Shown piece by piece: positions 10,190-20,152 of a stretch of 64,000 nucleotides of DNA; position 1 is the stretch's first letter; each line of letters starts with the position of its first letter. This stretch comes from Pseudomonadota bacterium (lineage in GTDB: Bacteria > Pseudomonadota > Alphaproteobacteria > Rhodobacterales > Rhodobacteraceae). A program made the translations under genes and the position numbers. The notes under the pieces were generated by a model. The model was given only the letters and a program-made list of their open reading frames with translations, was not told the origin of the DNA and ran no database searches. The stretch is from assembly GCA_039190145.1 (NCBI GenBank), contig JBCCYG010000001.1, positions 5,941 to 69,940 on the forward strand, read 5' to 3'.

Positions 10190-10615
10190 ATGGCAGACGA
10201 CACTCCCGATTCGGAAATCAAACGCATTCTTGAAGAAGCACGGGTCATCGCCGTGGTTGGCGCCTCACCCAACCCGACGCGTGTGTCCCATCGCATCGCC
10301 GGTTACCTGCTGAAACAGGGCTTTGAGATCGTGCCAGTCAATCCGGTGGCGGCGGGCGAGGTTATCCACGGGCGAAAGATCGTCGCCTCGCTGGCAGAGG
10401 CCTCCCATGCGGACGTGGTAGATATCTTTCGCCGCTCGGAGGTGGTGCCGGAGGTCGTTGACGCGGCATTGGAGCATCTACCGGAACTTCGCACTGTGTG
10501 GATGCAGCTCGGCGTGCGTCATTCGGAGGCGGCTGAAAAAGCAATGGCTCGCGGCGTGACCGTCGTTCAGGACAGGTGCCCGGCGATCGAGATGCCGCGC
10601 TTAGGCATGGCCTAG
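10190..10615 (+). CDS. CoA-binding protein (YccU-like)
   Basis: IAVVGAS, PVNP, VDIFRRSE, WMQLG and QDRC motifs. Confidence 0.9.
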   Translation: MADDTPDSEIKRILEEARVIAVVGASPNPTRVSHRIAGYLLKQGFEIVPVNPVAAGEVIHGRKIVASLAEASHADVVDIFRRSEVVPEVVDAALEHLPELRTVWMQLGVRHSEAAEKAMARGVTVVQDRCPAIEMPRLGMA

Positions 10616-10701
10616 ACGCGCAGCCAACGCGGCGGTTTGAGCTTTTTGTGTCTACCCACCAGGCAACTGAGGACGAAGCGGGCCGGGTCAAGCATGGTCA
10701 T
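10612..10701 (-). CDS. Candidate 29-aa small protein
   Basis: GGAGG 5 nt before ATG; MTMLDPARFVLSCLVGRHKKLKPPRWLRV; fills the intergenic gap. Confidence 0.3.
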   Translation of the reverse strand: MTMLDPARFVLSCLVGRHKKLKPPRWLRV

Positions 10702-10773
10702 GGCATCCTCCATCTGAAGGCTCCCTAGCCCTCCCTTGTTTCCGTTTCATGACAGCCGCGCTAAGCGAAGGGC

Positions 10774-11868
10774 GTGGCTGATGCGCTTTCCATATTCCTG
10801 CCTTGCCCGCCGGGCCTTGAAGCTGCGCTCAGGGAGGAAGCGGCGGAGATCGGCCTCCCCTCGCCGCGCGCCCTGCCCGGAGGCGTTGAGAGCCACGCGG
10901 CTTGGGAGGATATCTGGCGCGCAAACCTTTGGCTGCGCGGGGCGACGCGGGTTTTGGTCCGTCTCGGGATCTTTCGGGCCGGGAGCCTCCCCGAGCTCGA
11001 GGCGGCGGCGCGTCGATTTCCCTGGCTTGATCACCTCGCAGCGCGAGAACCGGTTCGCCTCGACATCACCTGCCGCAAGTCGCGTATCGCCCATGCGGGC
11101 GCCGCCGCGCAAAAGCTCGAAAGGGCGCTGCGAACGCTCCAGATCCCGGTGGCGCCCAAGGCGGAGCTGACCGTGAAGGTGCGCATTGAACGCGACACCT
11201 GCATATTGAGCATCGATACCTCGGGTGCGCCGCTGCACCTGCGCGGGCACAAGCAGGCGGTGGGCAAAGCACCTTTGCGGGAAACCTTGGCGGCACTGTT
11301 TTTGCGAGAATGCGGCTACGCGCCTGGGGAGCCCGTGATGGACCCGATGTGCGGGTCTGGTACTTTTGTGATTGAGGCCGCTGAGATCGCGATGGGGCTC
11401 CCGCCCGGGCGGGACAGGCGCTTCGCGTTTGAGCGACTACCGAGCTTTAACCCGGCGCGCTACGCAGCCCTGAAAGGCTTCACCGCAAAGGACGCGGAAC
11501 CTGTATTTTTCGGGTCAGATCGCGATGAGGGCGCTGTGCGTGGTGCGCAGGCCAATGCGCGGCGCGCGGGCGTTTTGGGTGTGGTCGACTTTCAGCGTGC
11601 CCCCGTGAGCGAGCTCACCGCCCGTGGCGGACCGGGGCTGGTTATGGTGAACCCACCTTATGGCGAGCGGATCGGGAACCGGCAGGCGCTCTTTTCTCTC
11701 TATCGCACGCTGGGCGATGCGCTGCGTGCGCCAGGATTTTCAGGTTGGCGCTTGGGGATGGTGACATCAGATGGTGGGCTTGCGAAAGCCACGGGGCTTG
11801 AACTGAGTGCCGGTCCGCCGGTTGCGTTTGGCGGGCTTAAGGTAAAGCTCTACCAAGCGCGGCTCTAA
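10774..11868 (+). CDS. THUMP-domain class I SAM RNA methyltransferase (RlmL-like)
   Basis: CPPGLE, APLRETLAA, DPMCGSGT and NPPYGER motifs. Confidence 0.88.
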   Translation: MADALSIFLPCPPGLEAALREEAAEIGLPSPRALPGGVESHAAWEDIWRANLWLRGATRVLVRLGIFRAGSLPELEAAARRFPWLDHLAAREPVRLDITCRKSRIAHAGAAAQKLERALRTLQIPVAPKAELTVKVRIERDTCILSIDTSGAPLHLRGHKQAVGKAPLRETLAALFLRECGYAPGEPVMDPMCGSGTFVIEAAEIAMGLPPGRDRRFAFERLPSFNPARYAALKGFTAKDAEPVFFGSDRDEGAVRGAQANARRAGVLGVVDFQRAPVSELTARGGPGLVMVNPPYGERIGNRQALFSLYRTLGDALRAPGFSGWRLGMVTSDGGLAKATGLELSAGPPVAFGGLKVKLYQARL

Positions 11869-11912
11869 GACTAAACAAAGACGCATGAAGAGCTTTGCGA
11901 GCCTAGAACGAG

Positions 11913-12833
11913 ATGCGTGATCCCGCCTTCGCTGCCCCAGGCCAGTTTTGGCGCGGCAATATACACACGCACTCAACGCGGTCCGATGGTCTGCTTGCGC
12001 CCTCGGAAGTCTGCAAAAAGTACCGCGACGCGGGGTATGACTTCGTTGCTCTGACGGATCACTTCGTAGGGCTTTACGACTACCCGATCACCGATACGGG
12101 CGCCTATCGCGGCCCCGACTTCACGACTTTGCTCGGCGCGGAGTTGCATTCTGGTGCCATGGAGAATGGAGAGATTTGGCACATTCTTGCGGTGGGATTG
12201 CCGGAAGACTTCGCGCCCAACGAAGCGCCTGCGTGGACCCCTTTGGAGGGCCAGGAAACGGGGCCGCAGATTGCCCAAAGGGCGCGGGATGCTGGTGCCT
12301 TCGTTGCGATTGCGCATCCGGAATGGGGCGGGCTATCGCTCGCTGATGTCAGGTCGCTCGAAGCCGCTCACGCGGTGGAGGTGTACAATCACACATGCGC
12401 CTTGGAGACGGATCGTGGGCAGGGCTTTTGGCATCTTGATCGCCTTTTGGACGACGGTCGGCGAATGATGATCTGTGCCACCGACGATGCGCACTTTAAG
12501 TTTGCGGACGCATTTGGCGGGTGGACTATGGTGAAGGCAGAGGAGAACAACCCAACGGCTCTGCTCGATGCGTTGAAGGCCGGTCACATGTATGCGTCCA
12601 CGGGTCCGCAAATCCACGACGCGGTCTGGCAGCGGGACCGGGCGTGCGTGAAATGTTCACCTGCAGTGACGATCACGGTCCATGGTCAGGCAAGTGCGAT
12701 CCACACACTTCACGGCGAGGGCCTCACAGACGTGGAGGTCCCCCTTGCTGCACTGTCTGAGAGCCCATGGCTTCGCCTCACGGTCATCGACCGCTACGGG
12801 AAGCGCGCCTGGACAAACCCGTTTTGGAAGTGA
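11913..12833 (+). CDS. PHP-domain metallohydrolase
   Basis: HTHSTRSDG, LTDH, AHP and TDDAH metal-binding motifs. Confidence 0.85.
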   Translation: MRDPAFAAPGQFWRGNIHTHSTRSDGLLAPSEVCKKYRDAGYDFVALTDHFVGLYDYPITDTGAYRGPDFTTLLGAELHSGAMENGEIWHILAVGLPEDFAPNEAPAWTPLEGQETGPQIAQRARDAGAFVAIAHPEWGGLSLADVRSLEAAHAVEVYNHTCALETDRGQGFWHLDRLLDDGRRMMICATDDAHFKFADAFGGWTMVKAEENNPTALLDALKAGHMYASTGPQIHDAVWQRDRACVKCSPAVTITVHGQASAIHTLHGEGLTDVEVPLAALSESPWLRLTVIDRYGKRAWTNPFWK

Positions 12834-13287
12834 CTACCGCCCCTCAGCTCATTCAGTGCGTGGCCGATAAGGGCCGCAATGCTTTTTAAAGCTCGCGGTA
12901 TATATGAAGGCGTTTTGTGATGCTGCGCACAGCTTCGGCTCTGGGAATTGATTGCGAGGAGAGCCTTTTTCCAAGACTCAAGACGAAGCTTTGGATGCCA
13001 GGAGCACTTGCTGCGAATGTGTCAATCCATGCGGTTGCCTACGCCGGCGCCATGCATTCGCTCGATGGCATCAAGATGGAAAAGAAACGGACGGCACCAT
13101 TCGACTTTACGATTTGCCGGAAGACTAGACGCCGCTGCAGGGTTAGGGGGCACGCATGTGCATCTGGCAATTCTATCTTCAGCACGCGGATGGAATGCTC
13201 TATGAAAATGCATGATCGAGCGGGGCGGCTGGTGCCGAGGCTAAGCCAGATCTTAGCGAAAATGATACTCTGCGATCGAGAGAAGAC

Positions 13288-14490
13288 ATGTTCAGGATTG
13301 CTGTCGTTGGTCGAGGCCTCATCGGTAGTGCTGCAGCGCGCTATCTGGCCGAAGGGACAGATGGCGTCGTTTGCATAGGGCCCGATGAGCCCAAAAAGCG
13401 CGATTCACATAGCGGCGTATTTGCGAGCCACTATGATGAGGGGCGCATGACGCGCCATGTCGATCCGAGGGCGGAATGGGGAATTACGGCTAGTAAATCC
13501 ATAGCTCGATACCGCGAACTTGACCGGCGGAGTGGCGTCACGTTTTATTCTCCGGTCGGGTATCTGGGGCTCGGCGTTCCCGGATCGCAATACAATGCCC
13601 TATGCGCCGCCATGGGTGAGCAGAACGGTGCAGCGATTCAGCGGCTAGAGGTCGACCAGATAAAGGCGCGGTATCCCTATCTGTCGGTTGCGGACTACGC
13701 TGACGGCCTGCTGGAAACTGGCGGTGCAGGGTACATCAGCCCGCGCCGCATGGTCAGCGCACAGACGATACTCGCTCAAGAAGCGGGAGCTGCCTGTATC
13801 AAGCAAGCTGCTCGTGCGATCCGCCCCACATCTCGCGGCGTAGAGATTGAGCTTTGGGATGGCACCACTGTCGAAGCAGAACGGGTGTTGATCGCCGCCG
13901 GTGCGTTTACCGCGCCCTTGGGGTTGAGCCCTGTCGATCTTGGGCTGACGGTTTACGGGCGTACAGTTGTCCTTGCCCAGATCGAAGGCGACGCAGCCGA
14001 GATCCTGAAGGATATGCCCACGATGATCGATACGGGCATCGGCGCATATATCTTGCCGCCAATTAAGTACCCGGATGGGCGAAGCTATCTCAAAATCGGT
14101 GTTGGAGACACGTCGGACCCACAATTCGCCGACGTTGCAGGCTTGCAGGATTGGTTCAAAGGCGGAGGTCTACAAACCAATAAGTCCCGATTCATAGCGC
14201 GGCTCAAAGAGCTGATCCCCGTTCTTGAAACTTGCCCGTCATGGAAAACGGACACATGCGCGGTCACCGCGACAAAGAGCGGGCTCCCGATCATTGACAC
14301 TGTGGTCGCCGACAAAATCGTGGTTGCGGTGGGGGGCTGTGGCAAGGGTGCGAAAGGCGCTGATGAATGGGGTCGCATCGCGGCGGGAGTCGTTCGTGGT
14401 TTGCCTTGGTCTTCTGAAGTGGAGCGAGAGAAACTCGCGATCCCGCAATCTGACGTGAAAGTGCAGCTTGATGACGTACAGACTGCATAA
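13288..14490 (+). CDS. FAD-dependent oxidoreductase (sarcosine oxidase/DAO-like)
   Basis: VVGRGLIGSAAA Rossmann motif, SHYDEGR, GGCGKGAK. Confidence 0.85.
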   Translation: MFRIAVVGRGLIGSAAARYLAEGTDGVVCIGPDEPKKRDSHSGVFASHYDEGRMTRHVDPRAEWGITASKSIARYRELDRRSGVTFYSPVGYLGLGVPGSQYNALCAAMGEQNGAAIQRLEVDQIKARYPYLSVADYADGLLETGGAGYISPRRMVSAQTILAQEAGAACIKQAARAIRPTSRGVEIELWDGTTVEAERVLIAAGAFTAPLGLSPVDLGLTVYGRTVVLAQIEGDAAEILKDMPTMIDTGIGAYILPPIKYPDGRSYLKIGVGDTSDPQFADVAGLQDWFKGGGLQTNKSRFIARLKELIPVLETCPSWKTDTCAVTATKSGLPIIDTVVADKIVVAVGGCGKGAKGADEWGRIAAGVVRGLPWSSEVEREKLAIPQSDVKVQLDDVQTA

Positions 14491-15136
14491 TCGTCTGGGA
14501 TCGGGCGGGTTTGTCATACAGGCGGCATTGGTGGCGGCCAAAATCGACTTTGAGTACCGCCCGGTGAGGTCCGTGCCGAACACGCAAGTTGGCGAACAAG
14601 TTAAGGAACTGAACCCTTGGGGTCAGGTCCCCATACTAGAACTAGAAGACGGTACGCGGATGACAGAGGTGGCTGCTATGCTGGCGCATCTGTCCTCCGC
14701 GGAACCGGCAATCCGCATGGGACCCACGCTTTGGGTGGATAACCACCCGCAATTTTTGAGATGGGCCGTGTTTTTGTCGGTGAATGTCTATGAGGCCATC
14801 CTTCGCCGGAGTTACACGCATCGCTACTTTAAAGACGGTCCTGAGCTATCTGAGCGGGAAGCGGTTAAAGCCTCCATCCGGGAGGCCGCTGGGGAGAGGA
14901 TTCACGCCGCATTTAAGTGCATTGAGGCCGAGACATCGGGCTACCAATTCCTCTTAAGCGACCGCTTGTCTGCCTGCGATATTTACCTTGCAATGCTCTA
15001 TGCCTGGTACAATCAAAAGCCGGATCTGCCGAAATGCACCTGGATCACGACCCAGGTCGCCACTCACCCGGAGATCGGCCCAATCTGGGAGCAGAACTTT
15101 CACGACAGGCTCGATTTCAAGTGGCATGAGCTGTGA
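14471..15136 (+). CDS. Glutathione S-transferase family protein
   Basis: LNPWGQVPILELEDG..MTEVAAM and FLL.DRLSACDIYL. Confidence 0.85.
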   Translation: MTYRLHNRLGSGGFVIQAALVAAKIDFEYRPVRSVPNTQVGEQVKELNPWGQVPILELEDGTRMTEVAAMLAHLSSAEPAIRMGPTLWVDNHPQFLRWAVFLSVNVYEAILRRSYTHRYFKDGPELSEREAVKASIREAAGERIHAAFKCIEAETSGYQFLLSDRLSACDIYLAMLYAWYNQKPDLPKCTWITTQVATHPEIGPIWEQNFHDRLDFKWHEL

Positions 15137-15157
15137 CCTGCCGGTTGGCTGCGGCAC

Positions 15158-15176
15158 GATGTTATAAAGTTACATC
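15158..15176. promoter_or_regulatory. Zur box
   Basis: GATGTTATAAAGTTACATC imperfect palindrome resembling the Zur consensus (TGTTATA-n-nATAACA); about 120 bp upstream of an ABC operon. Confidence 0.65.
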
Positions 15177-15293
15177 TTTTCTTGCGGGAGTTCGTTCTCT
15201 CACGTAATCGGTGAAAAGCCCGCACCACCGCCACTCATATTGCTGAGTTCGGTGCCAGCTGAATTTCCGCAACCGAAATCAGAGGACCCATTC

Positions 15294-16817
15294 ATGTCAT
15301 TCGTAAGACAGCTCGCCTTTGCTTCAGCATTGGCTTTGAGCTCAGTTGTGCCTGCTTTGGCCCAACAGGAGACGCTCACCATCTCGGGCGGCTTTGGCCC
15401 AGACACTGCTGTGCCTGATCCGCGTGCGGGCTATAACGGCTGGATGTCGAACCGCCTTGGCGTCACCGAAACGCTCATGGGGCTGGACTACGATCTAAAC
15501 CTCTATCCACGCCTTGCCGAGAGCATCGAGCAGGCGTCGCCGACGACGTGGCGCGTGACGCTGCGCAGCGATCTGACTTTCCACGACGGGACGCCCGTCA
15601 CAGCGCAGGCCGTCATCGATGCCATCGCCCCGATCTCAGAAGAAGGGGCCGCGGGCCACAACAAACGCATTGCAAATTTGCTAGACCTCGCTGGAATGTC
15701 GACTGACGGAGATGGCGTGGTTGTGTTTGAAACGAACAGTCCGAACTCCGCATTTCCGTGGACGTTGTCAGAGCCCGGCATCGCGATACTCGGTGACGCC
15801 TCTGACGCTTTCCCGATCAACGCCACCGGTCCGTTTGTCTTTAAGGAGGTGGTTCCTGATCAGCTTTATCGTGTGGAAGCAGACGCTGATTACCGCCTGG
15901 GAACTCCTGCTTTGAAAGAGGTTAGCGTGGTTTTTTCGGATGATCCGGGTGCACAGGCGCTCGCCTTTGAGGCGGGTGAGGTCGACATGGTGATGAACTA
16001 TCCGGAAACTGATTTTGGGCGGATCCAGGAAACGGGCGCAGTCGGCATGTCGGGACCTACGGCGCGCTTGTTCTTTTACACAGTGAACGCCAAGAGCGGC
16101 CCCATGGCGAACCCGCTGGTGCGCAAGGCAGTATCGGTCGCCATTGACCGTCAAGGCATCGTGGATGCCGCGCTCTCTGGTGTGGCTGGTGTCCCCGCAG
16201 GCACGATGTTTCCGCAGGGGAAAGGTTGGGCAGCTGACATTCCGCCGGTCTATGACATGGCGCAAGCTGAGCAGTTACTTGCTGAGGCCGGTGCCGTGAA
16301 ACAAGGCGGCAGCTGGATGCTTGATGGTGAACCATTGGAGCTCGATATCGTAACGTATTCCGGTCGTGCGTCTCTGGCACCGACAGCGGAAATTACGCAG
16401 GCCTTTCTGCAAGCGATTGGCATCAAAGCCAACATTCGCGTCGGCGAGTATGGTGCGAGCAATGATGCGATCGCCGCTGGTGAGGCGGATATGTTCTTGC
16501 AAGCCTGGGTGATGACGCCTCAGGGCGATCCCGGCGCCGTACTGGAAACGCTGCTCAAAACGGGCGGGGGGTCCAATGCGGGAGGTTATTCAAACCCTGA
16601 GCTCGACGCGCTTTTGGAAGCAGGGCGTGTGAACTTTGAGCAAGAGAAGCGCGAAGAGATCTATCAGCAGATCCAAGAGATTATTGCCGAAGATGCTGCG
16701 CTGATCCCAGTCTTTCATAAGAGCATGCTGGTGGTTTCTCGCCCTGGTCTGAATGGCTTTGATGTGCATCCGACCGAGTTTTACTGGCTCACACACGAGA
16801 CCAAGTGGGAAGGATGA
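15294..16817 (+). CDS. Family 5 (Opp/Nik/Cnt-type) ABC substrate-binding protein
   Basis: Signal peptide, PRLAES, LRSDLTFHDGTP, ATGPF, VRKAVSVAIDR. Confidence 0.9.
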   Translation: MSFVRQLAFASALALSSVVPALAQQETLTISGGFGPDTAVPDPRAGYNGWMSNRLGVTETLMGLDYDLNLYPRLAESIEQASPTTWRVTLRSDLTFHDGTPVTAQAVIDAIAPISEEGAAGHNKRIANLLDLAGMSTDGDGVVVFETNSPNSAFPWTLSEPGIAILGDASDAFPINATGPFVFKEVVPDQLYRVEADADYRLGTPALKEVSVVFSDDPGAQALAFEAGEVDMVMNYPETDFGRIQETGAVGMSGPTARLFFYTVNAKSGPMANPLVRKAVSVAIDRQGIVDAALSGVAGVPAGTMFPQGKGWAADIPPVYDMAQAEQLLAEAGAVKQGGSWMLDGEPLELDIVTYSGRASLAPTAEITQAFLQAIGIKANIRVGEYGASNDAIAAGEADMFLQAWVMTPQGDPGAVLETLLKTGGGSNAGGYSNPELDALLEAGRVNFEQEKREEIYQQIQEIIAEDAALIPVFHKSMLVVSRPGLNGFDVHPTEFYWLTHETKWEG

Positions 16818-17497
16818 CGCTTTCTGTCTCCGGCCTGAGCGTACAGCGCTCAGGCCGAACTATTCTACAACCGACATCACTGGATATCGAGCCGGGCGAC
16901 CGAATTGGGCTCGTCGGCGCGTCAGGGTCTGGGAAGTCCACACTCGGTCACGCCCTAATCGACGATCTGCGCGCCCAAGGATGCAGTGTCGCGCAGGTGC
17001 CCCAGAGCCCGGATGAGGCGCTAGACCCCCTTCGCAGCATGGCCTTTCATTGGCGGGAGGCGGAACAAGCTTTGGGGCTTAAAAGCGGTGCCGCGGATCA
17101 GGAGCGCCTTTTTGCAGCGCTTAACATCGGCCACGGCGATCTTAGCAAACGCCCGTGGGGCTGGAGCCGCGGCATGCAGCAACGGTTTGTCATTGCAATG
17201 GCATTGATAGGCAGCCCGGACCTGATTGTTTTGGATGAACCGACATCGGCGCTCGACCCGGTCGTTGCGGCGGCGACAATGGACCTGCTCGATCGTTTTC
17301 TGACGGGCAAGCAGACCGCGATGATCCTGATTACCCATGATTTGGGGATGGCTGTTAGGCGCGTTTCAAAAGTGATGGTGATGGATGCGGGTTACCTGGT
17401 GGAGACAGCATTAACCGACAAGCTGTTGGAACGGCCCCAGAGCAAGGCGGCGAAGTCGCTCGTGGAGCATCGCAGCTGGATGTCATTGCCGTGCTAG
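16814..17497 (+). CDS. ABC ATP-binding subunit
   Basis: GASGSGKS, WSRGMQQR and LDEPTSALD. Confidence 0.88.
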   Translation: MTLSVSGLSVQRSGRTILQPTSLDIEPGDRIGLVGASGSGKSTLGHALIDDLRAQGCSVAQVPQSPDEALDPLRSMAFHWREAEQALGLKSGAADQERLFAALNIGHGDLSKRPWGWSRGMQQRFVIAMALIGSPDLIVLDEPTSALDPVVAAATMDLLDRFLTGKQTAMILITHDLGMAVRRVSKVMVMDAGYLVETALTDKLLERPQSKAAKSLVEHRSWMSLPC

Positions 17498-18216
17498 AGG
17501 TAAACGACGTCTCGATCCGCCGGGGCTCAGCCACCACGTTACACGACGTGTCGTTGACCTTGGCACCCGGCAAGACCCTGGCCGTCGTGGGCGAGAGTGG
17601 CTCGGGCAAGTCGACGCTGGTTGGCGCGATCTTGGGGGTTCTTAAGCGCTTTAAGGGCACGGTGACATGGGACGGCAAACCGGTTTTTAAAAGTCGTCCA
17701 TCGCTCGTGATGCAAGAGCCTCGATCGGCGTTCAATCCAGCTCTGTCGCTGCGGCAGTCGGTCAGTGAGCCTTTGATCGCGCGCAGGATGACGATGGAGC
17801 CAAGCCGCTTAAAGCGGCTATGCGAGGGGCTGGAACTCCCCATTGATCTGCTCGACCGGCGTCCGACGGAAGTGTCCATCGGCCAGGCTCAACGCGTTGG
17901 GATCCTGCGAGCCCTCATCGCGAGTTCGCCTCTCATTCTCTTTGATGAACCGCTGTCGGCACTGGATGCTACAACACAGAAGCACACCGCTGGGTTGATC
18001 GCCGACCTCCAAACGGAAGAAGGTTTTGCCGCTCTGATCGTCACCCATGATCTGGGCTATGCCTGCGCGTATGGAGATGACATCGCCGTCCTCCGTTCGG
18101 GGCGGATAGAGGAGTTTGGCGACGCCAGCGCCTTCGTGGCTTCGCCCCGCACGGAGTACGGTCTCTTGCTGAGAGACGCTGCATTTGCTCTCGGCGCATT
18201 GGAGCTCGTCGCGTGA
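17491..18216 (+). CDS. ABC ATP-binding subunit
   Basis: GESGSGKS, VSIGQAQR and FDEPLSALD. Confidence 0.88.
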   Translation: MLEVNDVSIRRGSATTLHDVSLTLAPGKTLAVVGESGSGKSTLVGAILGVLKRFKGTVTWDGKPVFKSRPSLVMQEPRSAFNPALSLRQSVSEPLIARRMTMEPSRLKRLCEGLELPIDLLDRRPTEVSIGQAQRVGILRALIASSPLILFDEPLSALDATTQKHTAGLIADLQTEEGFAALIVTHDLGYACAYGDDIAVLRSGRIEEFGDASAFVASPRTEYGLLLRDAAFALGALELVA

Positions 18217-19151
18217 TCTCAACCGTCTTTGGTTTGCTGTTGCGGGCTGTTTTCGTTTTAGGCGGGACGGCGGTCGCGACCTTTGCGCTTTTGTGGCACG
18301 CACCGGGGGACCCTGCTCTCGCGATTGCATTGGCACGCTATGCAACGGTCGTGCCACCAGAGATTATCGACGAAATTCGAACCGAGGTTGGCTTGGACCA
18401 AGGGTTTTGGGTCGCGTTTCTCGGCTGGGTTCGGCCGTTGCTTGCGGGCGATTTTGGCAACTCGTCAGTCACAGGATTGCCAATCTGGCCCGAACTATGG
18501 GCGGGTATCCGTTACACTGCGCCCCTCGCTTTTGCGGGTCTGCTGATCGGGCTGGCGATCTCTCTTCCGCTTGCGATCATTGCGACGAAGAAACCCGGCG
18601 GTTGGGTTGACCGGTTTGCCGTTGCAATTGCATCACTTGGCGTCGCGATCCCGGCCTTTTGGCTTGGGCTTCTGCTCATTTTGCTCTTTGCGGTTCAGCT
18701 TGGCTGGCTCCCAGCGATGGGGGCGCGAACCTCAGCCCACATGATACTACCCGCTTTGACACTTGGCCTAGGTGTTTCGGCATCCCTGACCCGGATCATC
18801 CGGTCAGGTATTCTAGAGGCGCGAGAAAATGCTTTCTTACCGGCGTTTCGACGGCGGGGCGTTTCCGAGCGCGCGATCGGGCGACACCATATCGGCCCCC
18901 ATGCCGCGGTGCCTGTAATCACAGTGTTGGGTCTTGAATTGGCGTTCCTTTTAGAAGGCGTGGTGGTCGTTGAGGTTGTATTTGGGCGTCCCGGCCTGGG
19001 CAGTTTCTTGGTCGAAGCGATTTTCTCGCGGGACTTTCCCAAAGTGCAGGCAGTCGTTCTGCTCACGGCAGCGGTGTTTGTCCTTGTCAATTTGCTGATC
19101 GATCTGGCGTATGGCTTGCTTGATCCTCGCATCGGTGAGCGTGATGCGTAG
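18213..19151 (+). CDS. ABC permease (OppB/NikB-like)
   Basis: APGDPA, GDFGNS, IPAFWLG, EVVFGRPGLG and RDFP motifs. Confidence 0.9.
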   Translation: MISTVFGLLLRAVFVLGGTAVATFALLWHAPGDPALAIALARYATVVPPEIIDEIRTEVGLDQGFWVAFLGWVRPLLAGDFGNSSVTGLPIWPELWAGIRYTAPLAFAGLLIGLAISLPLAIIATKKPGGWVDRFAVAIASLGVAIPAFWLGLLLILLFAVQLGWLPAMGARTSAHMILPALTLGLGVSASLTRIIRSGILEARENAFLPAFRRRGVSERAIGRHHIGPHAAVPVITVLGLELAFLLEGVVVVEVVFGRPGLGSFLVEAIFSRDFPKVQAVVLLTAAVFVLVNLLIDLAYGLLDPRIGERDA

Positions 19152-19935
19152 CGTTGTCATTCTCGCCGTCGTGTTTGTCTTGTTGGCGGTCGTTGGCCCG
19201 CTCTTCGCGCCCTATGATCCGACGGCGATAAACATTCCCAATAGATTGAGCCCGCCGACGCCAGAGAACTTGCTTGGTACAGATGCCCTCGGGCGGGATA
19301 TCCTATCGCGCATCCTTTTCGGAGCGCGATGGTCTCTTGGTTTGGCCTTTCTCATTTCACTGATGGGGCTGTTCATCGGGACCTTCGTTGGGCTGATAGC
19401 GGCCCTAGGTGGCAAGTGGCTAGATTGGGCTATGATGCGGGTCACAGACACATTTCTCGCGTTCCCAGAGCTCGTTGCGGCTGTGGTGATAGCGGGCTTG
19501 CTTGGGTCCGGGACCGCAAGTTTGATCTTTGCGCTGAGCGTCGTTGGGTGGATGCGCTATGCCCGCGTGGCCCGTGGGATCGGATTGTCGCTTCAAACGC
19601 GGGGTTATGTGGTGCAGGCAGGGCTTGCCGGATTGTCGCCGTTTTACGTTGCGCGTTGGCACTACCTCCCTTCGTTGATGCCGTCGCTCATCGTGGTCTG
19701 GACCGGCATGTTTGCCCGGGCAATCTTAGGAATTTCAACGCTAGGTTTCCTCGGCTTCGGGGTTCAACCGCCCATGCCGGAATGGGGGACTATGCTTCTC
19801 GATGCGCGTATCCATATGCGTTCAACACCCTTGCAGATGGTCTGGCCTGGATTGGCTGTCGTTGCCTGTGTGCTGTCGATCAATTTGGCGGGCGATGCGC
19901 TGCGCGACGCATTGGTCAAACGCGGGATCGTGTAA
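19144..19935 (+). CDS. ABC permease (OppC/NikC-like)
   Basis: LGTDALGRDILSR, GFGVQPPMPEWG and GDALRD motifs. Confidence 0.9.
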   Translation: MRSVVILAVVFVLLAVVGPLFAPYDPTAINIPNRLSPPTPENLLGTDALGRDILSRILFGARWSLGLAFLISLMGLFIGTFVGLIAALGGKWLDWAMMRVTDTFLAFPELVAAVVIAGLLGSGTASLIFALSVVGWMRYARVARGIGLSLQTRGYVVQAGLAGLSPFYVARWHYLPSLMPSLIVVWTGMFARAILGISTLGFLGFGVQPPMPEWGTMLLDARIHMRSTPLQMVWPGLAVVACVLSINLAGDALRDALVKRGIV

Positions 19936-19942
19936 GGACACA

Positions 19943-19983
19943 TCGGACCTAGTGCAGCCCTTCAAGGAGCGGCGCTAGTCCGA
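19943..19983. repeat. Imperfect inverted repeat after the ABC operon (possible RNA hairpin)
   Basis: TCGGACCTAGTGC...GCGCTAGTCCGA with one bulged base; CTAG in both arms; no U-tract. Confidence 0.35.
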
Positions 19984-20152
19984 GCGTATCTCGTTGTGCC
20001 GTTTTTGATCCTTAGCGTTGCGGGCAGAGGCTTGTGCCTTTCGAGTTTGTTATGAGCATAGTCGCGACGCGAAACTTAGTGGCGACTGAATTATGTGCGG
20101 CCAGTATTTAGGCGTGCGATCGTAACTCGCGAACCAAGGCAGAGCAGAGTTT

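Noticed and set aside
12834-13287. ORFs or an att site at the core/accessory boundary
   Set aside because: The ORFs have no RBS or recognisable motifs; no tRNA or direct repeat seen.
15177-15293. Cobalamin riboswitch upstream of the ABC operon
   Set aside because: No B12-box or other conserved riboswitch elements seen; the Zur-like box explains the region better.
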